NCBI GenBank assembly: GCA_934351255.1
Contig: CAKRJH010000003.1
Location: 120,588-184,587 of the forward strand
Direction of reading: 5' to 3'
DNA from: an uncultured Lachnospiraceae bacterium
GTDB taxonomy: Bacteria; Bacillota; Clostridia; Lachnospirales; Lachnospiraceae
Length of the DNA: 64,000 bases
This document shows positions 9,814 through 20,927 of the stretch, one piece after another. Position 1 is the first letter of the stretch. The number at the start of each line of letters is the position of its first letter. The notes below the pieces were generated by a model. The model saw only the letters and a program-made list of their open reading frames with translations, had not been told where the DNA came from and did not search any database. The translations under genes and the position numbers were made by a program.

Positions 9814-12800
9814 ATGAAGTTACCATGTCATACTTTAGGAATTGATATCGGATCTACCACAGTTAAAATCGCCATCCTCAACCCGGAGGGCGAGATTATC
9901 TTTTCCGATTATCAGAGACATTATGCCAATATCCAGGAGACATTGGCATCTATTATAAACGACGCTTACCGGGAGCTCGGCGACCTGCCTCTCTCCCCGG
10001 TCATCACCGGTTCCGGCGGACTGGCACTTGCCAAGCATCTGGACATTCCCTTTGTGCAGGAGGTTGTGGCTGTAGCCACCTCCCTGAAAGATTATGCACC
10101 GCGCACCGACGTAGCGATCGAGCTTGGCGGTGAGGATGCAAAGATCATCTACTTTACCGGTGGAATTGACCAGCGTATGAACGGAATCTGTGCCGGAGGT
10201 ACCGGTTCCTTTATCGACCAGATGGCCACGCTGCTCAAGACAGACGCCGCCGGCCTGAATGAATATGCAAAAAACTATAAAATGATCTATCCGATCGCTG
10301 CCCGCTGTGGTGTGTTCGCCAAGACGGATATCCAGCCTCTGATCAATGAGGGTGCGACCCGCGAAGATCTTGCAGCCTCCATTTTCCAGGCGGTGGTCAA
10401 CCAGACGATCTCCGGTCTTGCCTGCGGTAAGCCGATCCGCGGTAATGTCGCATTTCTGGGAGGTCCCCTGCACTTCCTGACCGAGTTAAAACAGGCATTC
10501 ATCCGCACCCTGGATCTGAAGGGTGACGCGATCATTGCCCCGGATCACTCCCATCTGTTTGCGGCATCCGGTGCTGCCATGAATGCAAATCCGGATGAGA
10601 CGATGTCCTCACTGGAAGCACTCCGTGAAAAACTCTCTCACCACATTGAGATCGAGTTTGAGGTGACACGTCTGGAGCCTCTGTTCCGTGATGAACAGGA
10701 ATATCAGGATTTTCTGGCAGATCACTCCAAAAAGGATGTCAAGAAGGGGGATCTTTCCACCTACCGCGGCAACCTGTTCCTGGGTATCGATGCCGGATCC
10801 ACGACCACCAAGATTGCCCTGATCGGTGAAGACGGAACTCTGCTTCACTCCTTCTACGGCAACAACAACGGAAGCCCGCTCAAGACCTCGATCCAGGCGA
10901 TCAAGGACATCTACGCGCGTATTCCGGAGGGCTGTCAGATTGTCCGCTCCTGCTCCACCGGTTATGGTGAGGCTCTGTTAAAATCCGCGCTTCTGCTCGA
11001 CGAGGGCGAAGTCGAGACCGTAGCCCACTACACCGCGGCAGCATTTTTCGAGCCGGATGTAGACTGCATCCTGGATATCGGTGGCCAGGACATGAAATGT
11101 ATCAAGATCAAGAACCACTCCGTCGACAAGGTACAGCTCAATGAAGCCTGTTCCTCCGGCTGTGGTTCCTTTATCGAGACCTTTGCCAAGTCCCTGAACT
11201 ATGAGGTGTCTGATTTTGCCAAGGTAGCTCTGTTTGCCAAGAATCCGATCGACCTGGGTTCACGCTGTACCGTATTTATGAATTCCAAGGTCAAGCAGGC
11301 ACAGAAGGAAGGAGCGACCGTCGCTGATATTTCCGCAGGCCTTGCATACTCTGTCATTAAGAATGCCCTGCTAAAGGTTATCAAGCTCACCGATCCAAAG
11401 GATCTCGGTACGCGCGTGGTAGTACAGGGCGGAACCTTCTACAATGACGCTGTTTTGCGCAGTTTTGAGCGCATCTCAGGATGTACCGCAGTCCGCCCGG
11501 ACATTGCCGGTATCATGGGTGCATTCGGTGCCGCGCTGCTGGCCAGAGACCATTATGAGGGACAGCAGACGACCATGCTGACATTACAGCAGATCAATGA
11601 CCTGAAATATGAATCCAGCATGGCACGCTGCAAGGGCTGTACCAACAACTGTCTGCTGACCATCAACCGCTTTACCGGCGGCCGTCAGTTTATCTCCGGC
11701 AACCGCTGTGAACGCGGACTGGGCAAGCAGAAAAACAAAGACAATATTCCAAATCTGTTTGAATACAAGAACAAACGGCTGTTCCAGCATTACAAACCGC
11801 TGGACGAGGAGCATGCAGTCAGAGGATCTGTGGGTATTCCACGTGTTCTGAATATGTACGAGAACTATCCGTTCTGGTTCACATTCTTTACGGAACTGGG
11901 CTACCGGGTTGTCCTGTCGCCGGTCTCCTCCCGTAAGATCTATGAGCTGGGCATCGAGTCCATCCCAAGCGAGTCCGAGTGTTACCCGGCCAAGCTGGCT
12001 CACGGACATATCACCTGGCTGCTACGTCAGGGACTGGATTACATATTCTACCCATGCATTCCATATGAGCGCACCGAGGTGCCGGACGCCAACAACCACT
12101 ACAACTGTCCGATTGTGACTTCTTATGGAGAAAACATCAAGAATAACGTCGAGGAACTGAAGGATCCTAAGATCAAATATCAGAATCCGTTCCTCTCCCT
12201 GGAATCCGAAAAGATTGCGACCAGCCGTCTGGTGGATTACTTTACCGCAGAGAATGACATCCCAGCCACTGAGATACGCCGCGCCGCAGCACTTGCCTGG
12301 AAAGAGATGGAGAATGCCCGCGAGGATACCCGCAGGAAGGGCGAGGAAGTGCTCGCCTATATGGAGAAGACCGGTCGCCGCGGCATTGTGCTGGCCGGCC
12401 GTCCTTACCATATCGACCCTGAGATCAACCACGGTATTCCGGATCTGATCGCATCCTACGGTGTGGCAGTCCTGACCGAGGACAGCATCTCTCACCTGGG
12501 CGAAGTCGACCGTCCTGCCATCGTCTCAGACCAGTGGATGTACCACTCCCGTCTGTACAAGGCAGCATCCTTTGTCCGTACCAGAGACGATCTGGATCTG
12601 ATCCAGCTCAACTCGTTCGGATGTGGACTGGATGCCGTCACCACGGATCAGGTCAGCGATATCCTGACCAAATCCAACAAGATCTACACGGTACTCAAGA
12701 TCGATGAGGTCAACAACCTTGGAGCAGCCCGCATCCGTATCCGCTCCCTTCTGGCGGCGGTCAAGGAGCGCGAGCGCAAGAACATCAAACCGGTGCAGGC

Positions 12801-14055
12801 GGATACCGCACATCACCGTGTGCTGTTTACCCAGGAGATGCGAAAGGACTATACGATCCTCGTCCCACAGATGTCTCCGATCCATTTCGATATCCTGCAG
12901 CCGGCCATGCGTGCCTGCGGCTATCAGGTCGAGGTCATGCCAAGTGATCCGGAATGTGTGGACTACGGTCTCAAATACGTGAACAATGACGCATGTTACC
13001 CTTCACTGATCGTAGTAGGCCAGTTTATGCGTGCCCTGACTTCCGGCAAGTATGATCTGAACCGAACCGCCCTGATGATCACACAGACCGGCGGTGGCTG
13101 CCGTGCGACCAACTACATCGGCTTCATCCGCCGTGCCCTCGAGAAGGCCGGCATGGGACAGATCCCTGTTATCTCCGTCAGCGCAGGCGTGGAGACCAAC
13201 CCCGGTATGAAATACAGCCTCAAACTCATTCATGCAGCTCTGCAGGCTCTGTATTACGGCGATGTATTTATGCGCGTGCTCTACCGCACCCGTCCTTATG
13301 AGGCGGTACCGGGTTCTGCCAATGCCCTGCATCAGAAGTGGTTAAAGATCTGTCAGGATGCCGTAACCCATCCAAACAAGGCACAGTTCAAGAAAAATGT
13401 GCGCCAGATCGTCCGCGAATTCGATGAACTTCCTCTGCGCGAGGATGTCCGCAAGCCGAGAGTCGGCATTGTCGGAGAGATCCTGGTCAAGTTCATGCCG
13501 CTTGCCAACAACTATCTGGTAGAGCTGCTGGAAGCAGAGGGTGCTGAGGCCGTCTGTCCGGATCTGATGGACTTTATGATGTACAGCCTGTACAATGCCA
13601 ACTTTAAGGCAGAGTACCTCGGCAAAAAGAAGTCCTCCGCAAAGATCAACAATCTGCTGATCTCCTATCTGGAGAATTACCGGAAAGCAGCCAATGACGC
13701 CTTTGCCGCAAGCAAACGCTTTGAGCCGACGACTCCGATCTCCAAGCTGGCCGAATATGCAGATCCGATCGTCTGCGCCGGCAATCAGACCGGTGAGGGA
13801 TGGTTCCTGACCGGTGAGATGGTCGAGCTGATCCACTCCGGTGTGCCAAACATCGTGTGTGCTCAGCCATTCGGATGTCTGCCAAACCACGTCGTAGGTA
13901 AGGGTGTTATCAAGGAGCTGCGCAACCGCTATCCGGATTCCAACATTGTAGCCGTAGACTACGATCCGGGTGCCAGCGAGGTCAACCAGCTGAACCGTAT
14001 CAAACTGATGCTTTCCACCGCGGTCAAGAATCTGAATGAACCGGTGGATGCCTGA
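9814..14055 (+). CDS. Acyl-CoA dehydratase activase-related fusion protein (2 x BadF/BadG/BcrA/BcrD ATPase and 2 x HgdB-like DUF2229 domains)
   Basis: [15 protein letters not shown] at the N-terminus and a second [15 protein letters not shown] copy further in (each with CAGGTGSF or CSSGCGSF) mark two activase ATPase domains. The long intervening and C-terminal regions are cysteine-containing. Total about 1410 aa. ATG 9814 was chosen (SD AAAGGA 11 nt upstream). The track ORF starts at GTG 9787. Confidence 0.8.
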   Translation: MKLPCHTLGIDIGSTTVKIAILNPEGEIIFSDYQRHYANIQETLASIINDAYRELGDLPLSPVITGSGGLALAKHLDIPFVQEVVAVATSLKDYAPRTDVAIELGGEDAKIIYFTGGIDQRMNGICAGGTGSFIDQMATLLKTDAAGLNEYAKNYKMIYPIAARCGVFAKTDIQPLINEGATREDLAASIFQAVVNQTISGLACGKPIRGNVAFLGGPLHFLTELKQAFIRTLDLKGDAIIAPDHSHLFAASGAAMNANPDETMSSLEALREKLSHHIEIEFEVTRLEPLFRDEQEYQDFLADHSKKDVKKGDLSTYRGNLFLGIDAGSTTTKIALIGEDGTLLHSFYGNNNGSPLKTSIQAIKDIYARIPEGCQIVRSCSTGYGEALLKSALLLDEGEVETVAHYTAAAFFEPDVDCILDIGGQDMKCIKIKNHSVDKVQLNEACSSGCGSFIETFAKSLNYEVSDFAKVALFAKNPIDLGSRCTVFMNSKVKQAQKEGATVADISAGLAYSVIKNALLKVIKLTDPKDLGTRVVVQGGTFYNDAVLRSFERISGCTAVRPDIAGIMGAFGAALLARDHYEGQQTTMLTLQQINDLKYESSMARCKGCTNNCLLTINRFTGGRQFISGNRCERGLGKQKNKDNIPNLFEYKNKRLFQHYKPLDEEHAVRGSVGIPRVLNMYENYPFWFTFFTELGYRVVLSPVSSRKIYELGIESIPSESECYPAKLAHGHITWLLRQGLDYIFYPCIPYERTEVPDANNHYNCPIVTSYGENIKNNVEELKDPKIKYQNPFLSLESEKIATSRLVDYFTAENDIPATEIRRAAALAWKEMENAREDTRRKGEEVLAYMEKTGRRGIVLAGRPYHIDPEINHGIPDLIASYGVAVLTEDSISHLGEVDRPAIVSDQWMYHSRLYKAASFVRTRDDLDLIQLNSFGCGLDAVTTDQVSDILTKSNKIYTVLKIDEVNNLGAARIRIRSLLAAVKERERKNIKPVQADTAHHRVLFTQEMRKDYTILVPQMSPIHFDILQPAMRACGYQVEVMPSDPECVDYGLKYVNNDACYPSLIVVGQFMRALTSGKYDLNRTALMITQTGGGCRATNYIGFIRRALEKAGMGQIPVISVSAGVETNPGMKYSLKLIHAALQALYYGDVFMRVLYRTRPYEAVPGSANALHQKWLKICQDAVTHPNKAQFKKNVRQIVREFDELPLREDVRKPRVGIVGEILVKFMPLANNYLVELLEAEGAEAVCPDLMDFMMYSLYNANFKAEYLGKKKSSAKINNLLISYLENYRKAANDAFAASKRFEPTTPISKLAEYADPIVCAGNQTGEGWFLTGEMVELIHSGVPNIVCAQPFGCLPNHVVGKGVIKELRNRYPDSNIVAVDYDPGASEVNQLNRIKLMLSTAVKNLNEPVDA

Positions 14056-14093
14056 GTCGGGGTTCTACGTGAATTGTTCCTATATTGCAAGAC

Positions 14094-14130
14094 AAAAGGG
14101 GAACTGCATTTTCATGCAGTTCCCCTTTTT
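14094..14130. terminator. bidirectional rho-independent terminator between convergent genes
   Basis: GGGGAACTGCAT-tttc-ATGCAGTTCCCC flanked by A-run and T-run (AAAAGGGG...CCCCTTTTT). Confidence 0.6.
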
Positions 14131-14146
14131 GATGGTATTTTCCGGA

Positions 14147-15403
14147 TCAGTCACCGGAGAAGAAATTCCGGTCAAAGCCCGTATTCTTTGGATGGGACAC
14201 ATCCACATCTGCCTCCTGTCCATCCGGTTTCTGACCGTCCTCCATGCGCTGCCACTGCTGCTGTTGTCTGGTGGCCATCTCCGGTCTCCATGGAACCTCT
14301 CCAAAATCCTTTCCATATTCTTCATCCACCGGTCTGTCTTCCATCGGATCCGCGCTCTTCTCCTGCCAGATCTCCCGGTTCTGTCCCAGATCCCCGCGAA
14401 ATGCAGATGCATTGTCCGGGGTTTTCTCCGGCTCAGGGCGCGTCTTCGTCCATTTCCCCTGACGATCAAGCACCGCCAGCGTAATACCGATCGCTGCCGC
14501 CAGCACCAGCGTCACAGCGATACCGCCCTCCAGTCCGAATTTCCCGCCATTGAAGAAATATAGCGGTTCTGAGATCTCGCTGCCAAGAATGGATACCGTC
14601 TGACTGGTTCCGCTGACACGGATGCCAAAGACATTGCCCTGGACGAAATTCCATACGCTGTGCAATGCCCCGACCATCCAGATATTCTCCGTGGCCAGAA
14701 ATACCAGAGAGGCCAATACACCGAATAAAAACAGGTTCAGATAGGCCCAGGTGGTAATCCCGTCATTGGCTCCATGCATCATGGCGAACATCAGCGCAGA
14801 CAGAAAGATACCGGATCCCACAGAATATCTTCTCGCGACCGACACCATAAAATAGCCACGAAATACGACTTCCTCGGCCAGTCCCTGCACCATATAACCT
14901 GCAAAGAACAGGGCAAGATACCCCACACAATCCGGGCTGTCCAGCCCCAGGCAATGTACCGCTCCGGTCAACAGACAGATACCATAAGCCGCTCCCATGG
15001 CCAACGCACCGTATAACATGCCCAACAGATACGACGGAATCAATCTGCGAGCAGTAAATCCCATGGAACGTGCCGTCCTCTTCTGCAGGCCGCACCCCAC
15101 TATGAAACTGGCAATGATCAGCCCGATCTCTCCCAGCAGCATCACGGCTGTCAGCCACCCCGGCATATTCTGCAGCAATTCCATAGTCTGCTTAAAATCA
15201 GGCACGCCTCCCTGCGAGGTCAGTGAGCTAATATCCATCTTCGTCATCATCCAGGCGGCGATCACGGGAGAGACCAGAAGCGATGTAATGATCGTGCCTC
15301 CATATTCCACGCCAAACAGGATCAGGATCTCCGGCAGCCAGTGTCTCCCCGGCTTGGTCCGGCCTGTGGATTTCATAAAATCCGGTTTCACAAAATATCT
15401 CAT
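14147..15403 (-). CDS. CPBP-family intramembrane metalloprotease (CAAX protease/Abi-type)
   Basis: Polytopic, with EEVVFRGY and FAMMHG...N motifs (EExxxR ... HxxxN/D). The C-terminal tail is hydrophilic and low-complexity. Confidence 0.75.
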   Translation of the reverse strand: MRYFVKPDFMKSTGRTKPGRHWLPEILILFGVEYGGTIITSLLVSPVIAAWMMTKMDISSLTSQGGVPDFKQTMELLQNMPGWLTAVMLLGEIGLIIASFIVGCGLQKRTARSMGFTARRLIPSYLLGMLYGALAMGAAYGICLLTGAVHCLGLDSPDCVGYLALFFAGYMVQGLAEEVVFRGYFMVSVARRYSVGSGIFLSALMFAMMHGANDGITTWAYLNLFLFGVLASLVFLATENIWMVGALHSVWNFVQGNVFGIRVSGTSQTVSILGSEISEPLYFFNGGKFGLEGGIAVTLVLAAAIGITLAVLDRQGKWTKTRPEPEKTPDNASAFRGDLGQNREIWQEKSADPMEDRPVDEEYGKDFGEVPWRPEMATRQQQQWQRMEDGQKPDGQEADVDVSHPKNTGFDRNFFSGD

Positions 15404-15510
15404 ATTGATTCGTACAGATGCAGTCCTACCGCATCACACAATCCCCCTTTGTCTGTAATACTTTATATTTTAGCCAAATCTCCAGTATTTGTAAACTCTC
15501 CTTATTTGCC

Positions 15511-15523
15511 TGCGGAATCCGCA
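15511..15523. promoter_or_regulatory. 6-1-6 palindrome TGCGGAaTCCGCA in the divergent promoter region (candidate operator)
   Basis: Perfect inverted repeat between the divergently transcribed CPBP protease and XRE regulator genes. Confidence 0.25.
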
Positions 15524-15639
15524 AAATTTCACTGTCAGTTGTAGTTCTTCACCAATGGTTGGTTCTCCTTTTTCATCAAATTCAATATTCTAAACATATT
15601 AGGGTTAGGATGATCATGAGATAAAGGATGGATAATAAC

Positions 15640-16044
15640 ATGAAATATAAAGATGACAGCATCCAGATCGATCCGGATGAGCTGAAGCGTCTGATGATCC
15701 AGATTGGAGACCGGTTCCGGATGCAACGGATAAAATACCATATGACACAGGATCAGCTTGCGGAGATCCTCCAGTGTTCCACAGCACATATCTCCGAGAT
15801 CGAGCGCGGCAATAATATGTTTTCCGAAAAATTTCTAATCAAGCTGTTCCTGTGCACACCATTTTCTCCCAACGCATTGTTCGGCGGTCTGGAATCTCCT
15901 CTGTATTCCCATCAGCAATACGATGGTCAGCCAACACTCAGGGATTCTGCTTCCTACCTCTCATCCCAGGAGATGATGCCGGTCTCAGAACACAACCGTA
16001 TTATTGATGATCTCACGGATATTATTCATTCCCTGAAACGCTAA
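15640..16044 (+). CDS. XRE-family helix-turn-helix transcriptional regulator
   Basis: HTH segment MTQDQLAEILQCSTAHISEIERGNN. ATG 15640 has SD AAAGGATGG 8 nt upstream. Diverges from the CPBP protease gene. Confidence 0.7.
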   Translation: MKYKDDSIQIDPDELKRLMIQIGDRFRMQRIKYHMTQDQLAEILQCSTAHISEIERGNNMFSEKFLIKLFLCTPFSPNALFGGLESPLYSHQQYDGQPTLRDSASYLSSQEMMPVSEHNRIIDDLTDIIHSLKR

Positions 16045-16246
16045 AAAAAGAGCAAAACCAGCGTTTTGCTCTGGCAAGAATTTCTTCGAAATTCTTGTTG
16101 GCCTGTCACCACATTACAGCATTTTCCTATCACAAAAAAAAGAGCAAAACCAGCGTTTTGCTCTGGCAAGAATTTCTTCGAAATTCTTGTTGGCCTGTCA
16201 CCACATTACAGCATTTTCCTATTATATAAAAAAGAGCAAAACCAGC
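16045..16246 (+). repeat. Tandem array (2 full units plus 1 partial) of an approximately 90-bp unit with two hairpins, in the 3' UTR of the XRE gene. A related array lies at 56133-56330.
   Basis: Units 16045-16133 and 16134-16224 are near-identical: aaaaaaGAGCAAAACcagcGTTTTGCTCtggCAAGAATTTCttcGAAATTCTTGttggcctgtcaccacattacagcattttcctat. A partial third copy runs 16225-16246. Confidence 0.8.
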
Positions 16247-16256
16247 AAAAAATATA

Positions 16257-16310
16257 CCCCGCTTCCCTCCGGTACATCTCAGTACCAGAGCAGGAAGACG
16301 GGGTTTTATA
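16257..16310. terminator. bidirectional terminator-like GC-rich hairpin
   Basis: CCCCGCTTCCCTCCGGTAC-atctca-GTACCAGAGCAGGAAGACGGGG followed by TTTTAT. The minus-strand side is also T-rich. It lies between convergent genes. Confidence 0.55.
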
Positions 16311-16352
16311 TTGTCCTGATTTCGTTCTTATCACAGTTTTGGTTCTTATAAG

Positions 16353-17717
16353 TTAGTTCTTGAAGCTGTGGATCGGAGCCGGGATACGTCCGCCTCTGTT
16401 GACAAAATCATCACAGGCAAACTGATTGACCGGCATGATCGGTGCATATCCGAGCAGACCACCAAATTCAACAGTCTCTCCGACGCCCTTTCCGATCACA
16501 GGGATCAGACGTACCGCCGTGGTCTTCTGGTTGACCATACCGATGGCCATCTCATCCGCGATAATACCCGCGATCGTCGCCGGTGAGGTATCTCCCGGCA
16601 CGGCGATCATATCCAGACCAACCGAACATACGCAGGTCATCGCCTCCAGCTTCTCCAGCGTCAGACATCCGTCATTGACTGCATTGATCATACCCTGATC
16701 CTCGCTGACCGGGATAAATGCGCCGCTGAGTCCGCCGACATAGGAAGATGCCATGACACCGCCCTTCTTCACCTGGTCATTGAGCATAGCCAGGGCTGCT
16801 GTCGTACCCGGAGCACCCGCTCTTTGCAGTCCCATCTCCTCAAAGATATCCGCAATACTGTCTCCGATCGCCGGTGTCGGTGCCAGAGAAAGATCGATGA
16901 TACCAAATGGGATCCCCATACGCTTGGAAGCCTCTCTGGCTACAAGCTGTCCCACACGTGTGATCTTAAATGCCGTCTTCTTGATCTTCTCTGCCAGATG
17001 ACCAAAGTCTGTACCATGCTCAGACTCCAGCGCTTTTCTCATAACACCAGGGCCGCTGACACCGACATTGATGATCTCATCTGCCTCTGTCACGCCGTGG
17101 AATGCACCTGCCATGAACGGATTATCATCCGGTGCATTACAGAATACCACCAGCTTGGCACATCCAATGCTGTCGCGGTCTGCCGTGCGCGCTGCGGTCT
17201 GATGTACGATATCTCCCATCAGACGAACCGCATCCATGTTCAGACCGGTCTTGGTGGAACCAAGGTTTACCGAACTGCATACAAAATCCGTCACTGCCAG
17301 GGCGTCCGGGATGGAACGGATCAGCAGCTCATCGCTCACAGTCATTCCCTTGGATACCAGTGCACTGTATCCTCCGATGAAGTTGATCCCCAATGTCTTG
17401 GCCGCACGATCCAGCGTCCTGGCGATCGTCACGTAATCCTCCGGCGTCTTGCAGGCCGCTGCTCCGATCAGTGAGATCGGAGTGACTGAAACACGCTTGT
17501 TCACGATCGGGATTCCATATTCCCTCTCAATATCCTGTCCGGTCTTCACCAGATCTTTGGCCACCGTAGTGATACGGTTGTAAATCTTTTCATTTAACCG
17601 GTCGAGATCGCTGTCAATGCAGCTCAGGAGACTGATACCAATGGTAATGGTACGCACATCCAGATTCTCCTTCTCGATCATATTATTGGTCTCAGTAACC
17701 TCATGTATATTAATCAT
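16353..17717 (-). CDS. UPF0210 (DUF711) PFL-like family protein
   Basis: [31 protein letters not shown] matches the conserved UPF0210 N-terminus. The gene is paired with the upstream ACT-domain gene. ATG 17717 has SD GGAGAA. Confidence 0.85.
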   Translation of the reverse strand: MINIHEVTETNNMIEKENLDVRTITIGISLLSCIDSDLDRLNEKIYNRITTVAKDLVKTGQDIEREYGIPIVNKRVSVTPISLIGAAACKTPEDYVTIARTLDRAAKTLGINFIGGYSALVSKGMTVSDELLIRSIPDALAVTDFVCSSVNLGSTKTGLNMDAVRLMGDIVHQTAARTADRDSIGCAKLVVFCNAPDDNPFMAGAFHGVTEADEIINVGVSGPGVMRKALESEHGTDFGHLAEKIKKTAFKITRVGQLVAREASKRMGIPFGIIDLSLAPTPAIGDSIADIFEEMGLQRAGAPGTTAALAMLNDQVKKGGVMASSYVGGLSGAFIPVSEDQGMINAVNDGCLTLEKLEAMTCVCSVGLDMIAVPGDTSPATIAGIIADEMAIGMVNQKTTAVRLIPVIGKGVGETVEFGGLLGYAPIMPVNQFACDDFVNRGGRIPAPIHSFKN

Positions 17718-17817
17718 GTCATTCTCCATTCTGAAGCGCCCCTCGTCACCGGCCGCTGTGGATCAAACCGTCTGTGTCCACATGTCCTGCGTGGCGCTCC
17801 TTCGTGTGCCGGGATTA

Positions 17818-18090
17818 TCAGATACGGTGCATCTTGTCGAAGATATCTTCACGCTGTGCATGGATCAGGCAGTTCATGTCCTCCCCGATCTGGTCGAGCT
17901 CATCGACCATATCTCCAAATACAACCGTCGCATCTGCGGTATCAACGATCATCATCATGTTAAAGAATCCATCCACGATCGTCTGGGAGATATCCAGAAT
18001 GTTGATCTTTTTGTCTGCCAGATATGTACATACCTTGGCGATGATACCTACACTGTCCTTGCCCACTACGGTGATTACTGTTTTTTTCAT
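17818..18090 (-). CDS. ACT-domain protein (UPF0237 family)
   Basis: MKKTVITVVGKDSVGIIAKVCTYLADKKINILDISQTIVDGFF... This is the conserved partner of UPF0210. Confidence 0.85.
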   Translation of the reverse strand: MKKTVITVVGKDSVGIIAKVCTYLADKKINILDISQTIVDGFFNMMMIVDTADATVVFGDMVDELDQIGEDMNCLIHAQREDIFDKMHRI

Positions 18091-18110
18091 GTTTTCATCC
18101 AAACCTTTCT

Positions 18111-18905
18111 TTACAATGTGATAAGAGTGGAGAGGTCGTCGCGTCTGGCTACCTCCATCTCAAAAGGAAGCTTTTTCAGCCCCAGTTCCTCCCAGAGCTG
18201 GCATTTTACGGATTCATATGCCAGTTCCGGATAGTTGTTTTCCTTGGACAGATGTGCCAGGAAAGTATATTTCAGCGGACTGTCTGCCAGACGGCTGAGC
18301 AGTCTGCCGGAATCCTCATTGGAAAGATGCCCCCGGTCGCCCAGAATGCGCTGCTTGAGCGGATACGGATACGGACCGGTCTCCAGCATACTGATATCGT
18401 GGTTGGCCTCCAGGAACAGAACCTCACTGCCCATCAGATGATCGACAATGTAATCGTCAAATTTGCCAAGATCCGTCGCAATGCTCATCTTTTTCCTGCC
18501 ACAGTGCACACTGTAGCACACCGGATCCATCGCATCATGATAGGAATGAAACGGCAGAATGTCCAGACTGCCCATCGTAATCTCCTGATCCGGATACAAC
18601 TGGTAGAGATGATCCATGCGGATCACTCCTTTCTTGTCCTTCTGACGGATGGCATCCAGCGTCCCGGCCGTCGCATAGACCGGAATATCAAACATTTTGA
18701 CCAGCATCGGAATCCCCTGGATATGATCGCTGTGCTCATGTGTCACAAAAATGCCGTCCAGATCCTCGGGTCTGACTCCCAGTCTGGCCAGGCCATCCAC
18801 AATCCTCTTGCGGCTGATTCCGGCATCGATCAGGATATGATGTTTTCCGTCTCCCACATAGAGACAGTTTCCGCTGCTGCCACTGGCAAGGCTACAAATT
18901 CTCAT
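18111..18905 (-). CDS. MBL-fold metallo-hydrolase (YycJ/WalJ-like)
   Basis: MRICSLASGSSGNCLYV...HEHSDHIQG metallo-beta-lactamase motifs. The start was taken at ATG 18905. Confidence 0.8.
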   Translation of the reverse strand: MRICSLASGSSGNCLYVGDGKHHILIDAGISRKRIVDGLARLGVRPEDLDGIFVTHEHSDHIQGIPMLVKMFDIPVYATAGTLDAIRQKDKKGVIRMDHLYQLYPDQEITMGSLDILPFHSYHDAMDPVCYSVHCGRKKMSIATDLGKFDDYIVDHLMGSEVLFLEANHDISMLETGPYPYPLKQRILGDRGHLSNEDSGRLLSRLADSPLKYTFLAHLSKENNYPELAYESVKCQLWEELGLKKLPFEMEVARRDDLSTLITL

Positions 18906-19128
18906 GTATTTCAACCACTTTCTCTCATAAGTTACAAACATAGGTATCATACCATAAAAACACGAAAATAAAAAGACCGCCACGGGAGAATCTCCCGCAA
19001 CGGTCTTATGTAATAGAGAAAAGAGTAAGCTGTTATCGGCATTGCTGCCTCAAGTCTCAGATATGTTCTTGTTTATGTTAGATAAATCATAGCACATTAT
19101 AGTCATTTTGTCAATAAAATCATGAATT

Positions 19129-19157
19129 TTGACAGAAAACTTGTAACATGTTAACAT
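19129..19157 (+). promoter_or_regulatory. sigma-A-type promoter candidate for the PHP-domain gene
   Basis: TTGACA, 17 bp, TAACAT about 45 bp upstream of ATG 19201, in an AT-rich intergenic region. Confidence 0.35.
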
Positions 19158-19200
19158 ATTCACAAGATTGTACTTATTAAATGAAAGAACGGAAAACCAT

Positions 19201-19875
19201 ATGAAGATCGAGACACATCTACACACCAGCGAGTCCAGTCCCTGTGCCAGCATCCCCGCCCGGGAGATGGTACATAAATATGTCCGCGCAGGATATGATA
19301 TTGTTGTAGTGACCGACCATTACAATGACTGGGCCAGACAACAGTTCTCCTGCGATACCTGGGAGGACTATGCCAGACAGGCGGTCAAGGGGTATCAGGC
19401 AGCCTGCGAGGCAGTGCGAAACGAACAGCTTCCACTGAGGATCCTGTACGGGGTGGAGATCGCCCTAAGCGGCAGTCCCAATGACTATCTGGTCTACGGA
19501 GCGACACCGGAGTGGCTGTCGGCACATCCTGACGTCTGCACACTCTCGCTGAAGGAATTGTCTGAACTGGTACACCGTGAGAATATGCTCCTCTTCCAGG
19601 CGCATCCTTTCCGGACGTACTGCACCCCGGCGGATCCGCAGTATCTGGACGGTGCCGAGCGATACAATGGCAATCCACGGCATGACAACCGCAACGATCA
19701 GGCATCTGCCTGGATCGATGCCCATGGGTTATCAGATTCCTCCGGCAGCGATTTCCACGATGAGGGGGACGAGGCCAGAGGCGGCATCATCACACAGACT
19801 CCGGTTTACAGTGAAACCGAACTGGCCGAGGTCTACCGCAGTGGAACGTACCGGTTGATCCGTGCATCCGAATAA
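19201..19875 (+). CDS. PHP-domain (polymerase/histidinol-phosphatase-like) metal-dependent phosphoesterase
   Basis: MKIETHLHTSESSPCASIP...VVVTDH... is a PHP signature. Confidence 0.75.
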   Translation: MKIETHLHTSESSPCASIPAREMVHKYVRAGYDIVVVTDHYNDWARQQFSCDTWEDYARQAVKGYQAACEAVRNEQLPLRILYGVEIALSGSPNDYLVYGATPEWLSAHPDVCTLSLKELSELVHRENMLLFQAHPFRTYCTPADPQYLDGAERYNGNPRHDNRNDQASAWIDAHGLSDSSGSDFHDEGDEARGGIITQTPVYSETELAEVYRSGTYRLIRASE

Positions 19876-19916
19876 CACACTGCAACAGGACAGCGTGAAA
19901 GGAATAACATCATTAT

Positions 19917-20927
19917 ATGAAAAAGACTCGTGAAAACAACAAAAAAGACCTGCCGGTACTCACGGCGGGTGATTTTATTCTGCGCATGGCAAACCGCATC
20001 AGCGAGTCCGCCATGAGCGCATATGCAGGGCAGGCCGCTTACATGATGATCCTGTCCTTTTTTCCGTTTCTTCTGTTTCTGCTGATCCTGGTTCCATATA
20101 CCCCGCTGGATGCCAACTATCTCATCACCGCGATCGAGAATTTCATCCCGCATACCTTCCAGGGAGTCCTTACCTCTCTGGTATCTGAGGTCTACCAGTC
20201 CAATGCCAGCAATGCCGTGACCATCATCTCATTGACCGTCATCACCATGATCTGGCTCAGCTCCAAGGCATGTATGTCCCTGATGATCGGTCTGGACCGG
20301 ATCTACAAGGTAGAGATCACGGTGCCGGAAAAAGGACGCATTGCACGGTTTTCCCGCCGCATTCCGGAGGCCAATGCGGTCTTCGCCGTCCTGCTGTGGA
20401 TCTACAAGCGTCTGGCAGCCATGCTGTACACCGTGGTATTTGCCGTTCTGCTGATCGGTTCCCAGCTCTTTCTGGTCTTCGGAAACCAGCTCTACCAGAA
20501 ACTTCTCGACCTGTTTCCGTTTCTCGGACACGTCGTATGGCCATACTTCAGCATGCGTACTCTGCTGATCTTTGCCTTCATGGTACTGTTCTTCAATTTC
20601 TTTTACTGGCATGTACCGACGGTAAAGCCCAAGATCTGGCGGCAGTTCCCCGGCGCGATCGTCGCGGCCGGCGGCTGGATCAGTTTCTCCAAGATCTTTT
20701 CCTGGTACGTGGATCATTACAGCAATTATCAGTCCTTCTACGGGGCCATGACCAGCATCGCATTTATCATGGTCTGGCTGTATTTCTGTATGTGCATCCT
20801 GTTCTTCGGTGCCGTTCTCAACAGCATCTGGGGAGAATACCGGGAAGAGTACCACAGGGCACTCAATTCCCTTTCTTCGTCTTCGGATACCCCACATGAC
20901 ATCCCGGATAATAAAACGACAGAATAG
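19917..20927 (+). CDS. YihY/BrkB-family (ribonuclease BN-like) membrane protein
   Basis: Polytopic sequence with the typical YihY N-terminus (...RISESAMSAYAGQAAYMMILSFFPFLLFL...). Confidence 0.8.
   Translation: MKKTRENNKKDLPVLTAGDFILRMANRISESAMSAYAGQAAYMMILSFFPFLLFLLILVPYTPLDANYLITAIENFIPHTFQGVLTSLVSEVYQSNASNAVTIISLTVITMIWLSSKACMSLMIGLDRIYKVEITVPEKGRIARFSRRIPEANAVFAVLLWIYKRLAAMLYTVVFAVLLIGSQLFLVFGNQLYQKLLDLFPFLGHVVWPYFSMRTLLIFAFMVLFFNFFYWHVPTVKPKIWRQFPGAIVAAGGWISFSKIFSWYVDHYSNYQSFYGAMTSIAFIMVWLYFCMCILFFGAVLNSIWGEYREEYHRALNSLSSSSDTPHDIPDNKTTE

Noticed and set aside
16045-16246. Considered whether the two tandem repeat arrays (here and at 56133-56330) are CRISPR arrays.
   Set aside because: The units are about 90 bp and directly abutting. 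No unique spacers or cas genes were seen. The hairpin architecture does not resemble CRISPR repeats.
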